A stretch of DNA of 64,000 bases, taken from the NCBI RefSeq assembly GCF_001194135.2, contig NC_068983.1, forward strand, positions 42,430,668 through 42,494,667, read 5' to 3'. The translations under genes were made by a program, and so were the position numbers. Below are positions 1 to 64,000 of this stretch, piece by piece. The notes under the pieces were generated by a model, which worked only from the letters and a program-made list of their open reading frames with translations, had not been told where the DNA came from and did no database searches. The DNA is from Octopus bimaculoides (taxonomy: Eukaryota). Within the stretch, counting starts at the first letter, position 1. Each line of letters opens with the position of its first letter.

Positions 1-62
1 AGCACACCTGTGCTTATACAAGAAATTTCAACAAAGCAACTCAGTGGAGCCAACCATCTCTA

Positions 63-62321
<62,259 letters not shown>

Positions 62322-62923
62322 TTATTCAGAAGAACGATAATTCTTTAAGTGAGCATGAAACCTAAATCATGAACAATTTAGTTAGTAGTTTACAAGCATA
62401 AAATAATGACTTAAGGGAGTAAAGCAGTAGAATGTATAATGCTAGTTTAATGATATGCTATGTAGAATGTGCAGAACAATTGTGAGCCATATTCAGGGCT
62501 CAACTTTCTTCCATTACAATCATGATGAGGAGGATGATACTGGCTACACTAAAGTCCTTGATTTGATACTAAAGGAAAGACTCCAAGATGCTCATGACCT
62601 AAACGGTATGTTGAATAATGGTTGTAGCACACAAAGAAACAATGTGTTCCAACTCCACATGTATACAGACATGTGATAATAATGACTTTAACCCAACGGT
62701 TGGCAAAGGGGTTGATACTGACCCATGGGGGTGGGGTGGGGAGGGTCTATGTGGCTATCCAAGGGGTCGATGAACACCTGAAATGATTTTGAGCATTAAC
62801 AGCGATGAATTGTAAGTGAGCCAAATCTGGAAGGGTGCTGTAATTTAAAGCTAAAACTCACTAATTTCCATCCAAATATTGATGCAATATAAACTAGTAT
62901 TCACCAAACATATTTCACATTAA

Positions 62924-63129
62924 CTCTTTCGTTACCAACCCGGCTGTAACTAGCTCTGGCTCTTGTTTTCATTAGTTTTGAATAAAAATCTTTCACCAAA
63001 CCTTAGTCACAATTAATGTTCCTAACACTAGCTTAATGATAACGAAGTTATTTTACTAAATTCTTTGTTATATTTAAAGTAATTGAAAGAAACACAGAGC
63101 ATCTCAAAATAAATACAGTAATGAAAGGG
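62924..63129. mobile_element. piggyBac-like MITE (reverse copy)
   Basis: TTAA-CTCTTTCGTTACC...GTAATGAAAGGG-TTAA. Confidence 0.85.
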
Positions 63130-63252
63130 TTAAATATTCCATCTATATCATCATTACATCACAGAATTTTTATTCTTCTTCATCAGTTTTACTAAGTATA
63201 TCCATTAAATTTCCTTACTTTTTAAGAAGTAGTCATGATACAAAAGAACAAA

Positions 63253-63410
63253 GGAGCTATTTACATTCGACAGATATTTACCCTCATCTTTGTTGTTAAC
63301 ACAACGTTTCGGCTGATATCCCCTCCAGCCTTCATCAGGTGTCTTTCAAACTTGGGTTCTCATTCCTAAGGTATTTTCCGATATTATTATCAATATCATT
63401 ATCATTATTA

Positions 63411-63446
<36 letters not shown>

Positions 63447-63554
63447 TTACTACTTGGAATCAAACTTGGAATCTTGGGGTTAATAGCCTGTACTTTTAAC
63501 CACCATGCCATATTTGACAAATATTCGTCAAATTTTAATAATGTACATAATTCC
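63253..63554 (-). mobile_element. Composite non-autonomous element: tRNA-like head + (AAT)n + hammerhead-bearing tail, with imperfect terminal inverted repeats
   Basis: Head 63509-63443 is GGCATGGTGGTTAAAAGTACAGGCTATTAACCCCAAGATTCCAAGTTTGATTCC (A/B-box-like). The ends match as inverted repeats at 12/15 and 9/12 nt with a 9-nt insertion. Confidence 0.6.
63298..63343 (-). ncRNA. Candidate minimal (dimer-type) hammerhead ribozyme
   Basis: GACAC-CTGATGA-A-GGCTG-gaggggatat-CAGCC-GAAA-CG-T-T-GTGTT. Stem I 5 bp, stem II 5 bp, stem III replaced by the palindrome ACGT; one extra A after A9; U at position 17. Confidence 0.55.
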
Positions 63555-63616
63555 TCATCTATTAAATATAGAACTGAAAGGAATTATTGTTTAAAAATCT
63601 ATAAATATTTTTTTGT

Positions 63617-64000
63617 CCATCAGGAATCACTGCAGAGATGCTCAATATATCTGGCAGTGTTGGCTACAGCCTAGTCACCCGTATTACGAACCAGGTGTTA
63701 CACGAAGGAGTCATACCCAATGACTGGTGTAGCAGCACCATAGTCAACTGCTACAAAGGTAAAGGTGATGCTTTAGATACAAATAATTACAGAGGCATCA
63801 AGCTGTTAGATCAGGTCATGAAAGTTACGGAGAGGGTCATAGCCCAACTAATTAGGGAGCGAATCAATTTAGATGAGATGCAGTTTGGGTTCGTGCCAGG
63901 TAAAAGCACTACTGATGCCATATTTCTAGTAAGACAGCTGCAGGAGAAATATCTAGCCAAAGATAAACCTCTGTACCTGGCTTTCGTTGACATGGAGAAA
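63617..64000 (+). mobile_element. RTE-clade LINE ORF2 reverse-transcriptase fragment, open to the window end
   Basis: Stop-free 128 codons: PSGITAEML...WCSSTIVNCYKGKGDALDTNNYRGIKLL...MQFGFVPGKSTTDAIFLVRQLQEKY...LYLAFVDMEK (non-LTR RT motifs NYRGI, QFGF, AFVD). Confidence 0.9.

Overview
AT-rich, microsatellite- and repeat-dense animal genomic DNA with 8 assembly gaps. The repeat families look like Octopus/coleoid cephalopod; that is inference from remembered repeat families, not proven here. One protein-coding gene spans the window on the minus strand: an adenosylhomocysteinase-like gene of the AHCYL1/AHCYL2 (IRBIT) type. I found 11 coding exons (62297 down to 111), all GT-AG and phase-compatible, joining into 1029 nt / 343 uninterrupted codons; the N- and C-terminal exons lie outside the window. 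Nearly all ORFs in the supplied track are repeat-derived noise. The introns hold at least four SINE-like families, RTE LINE fragments, piggyBac-, hAT-, Tigger-, mariner- and Merlin-like DNA elements, and two DINE-1/Helentron-like elements. The most interesting unexplained structure is a set of seven hammerhead-ribozyme-like motifs in different small AT-rich, Penelope-like modules. One (26333-26450) has a complete canonical core and is sense to the AHCYL pre-mRNA. Another sits in a composite of tRNA-like head, (AAT)n and hammerhead (63253-63554). Two modules are nested in the internal microsatellite of the same SINE family. All folds were paired by eye and none has been tested. Repeat boundaries are approximate (about +/-20 bp); exon boundaries were read base by base.
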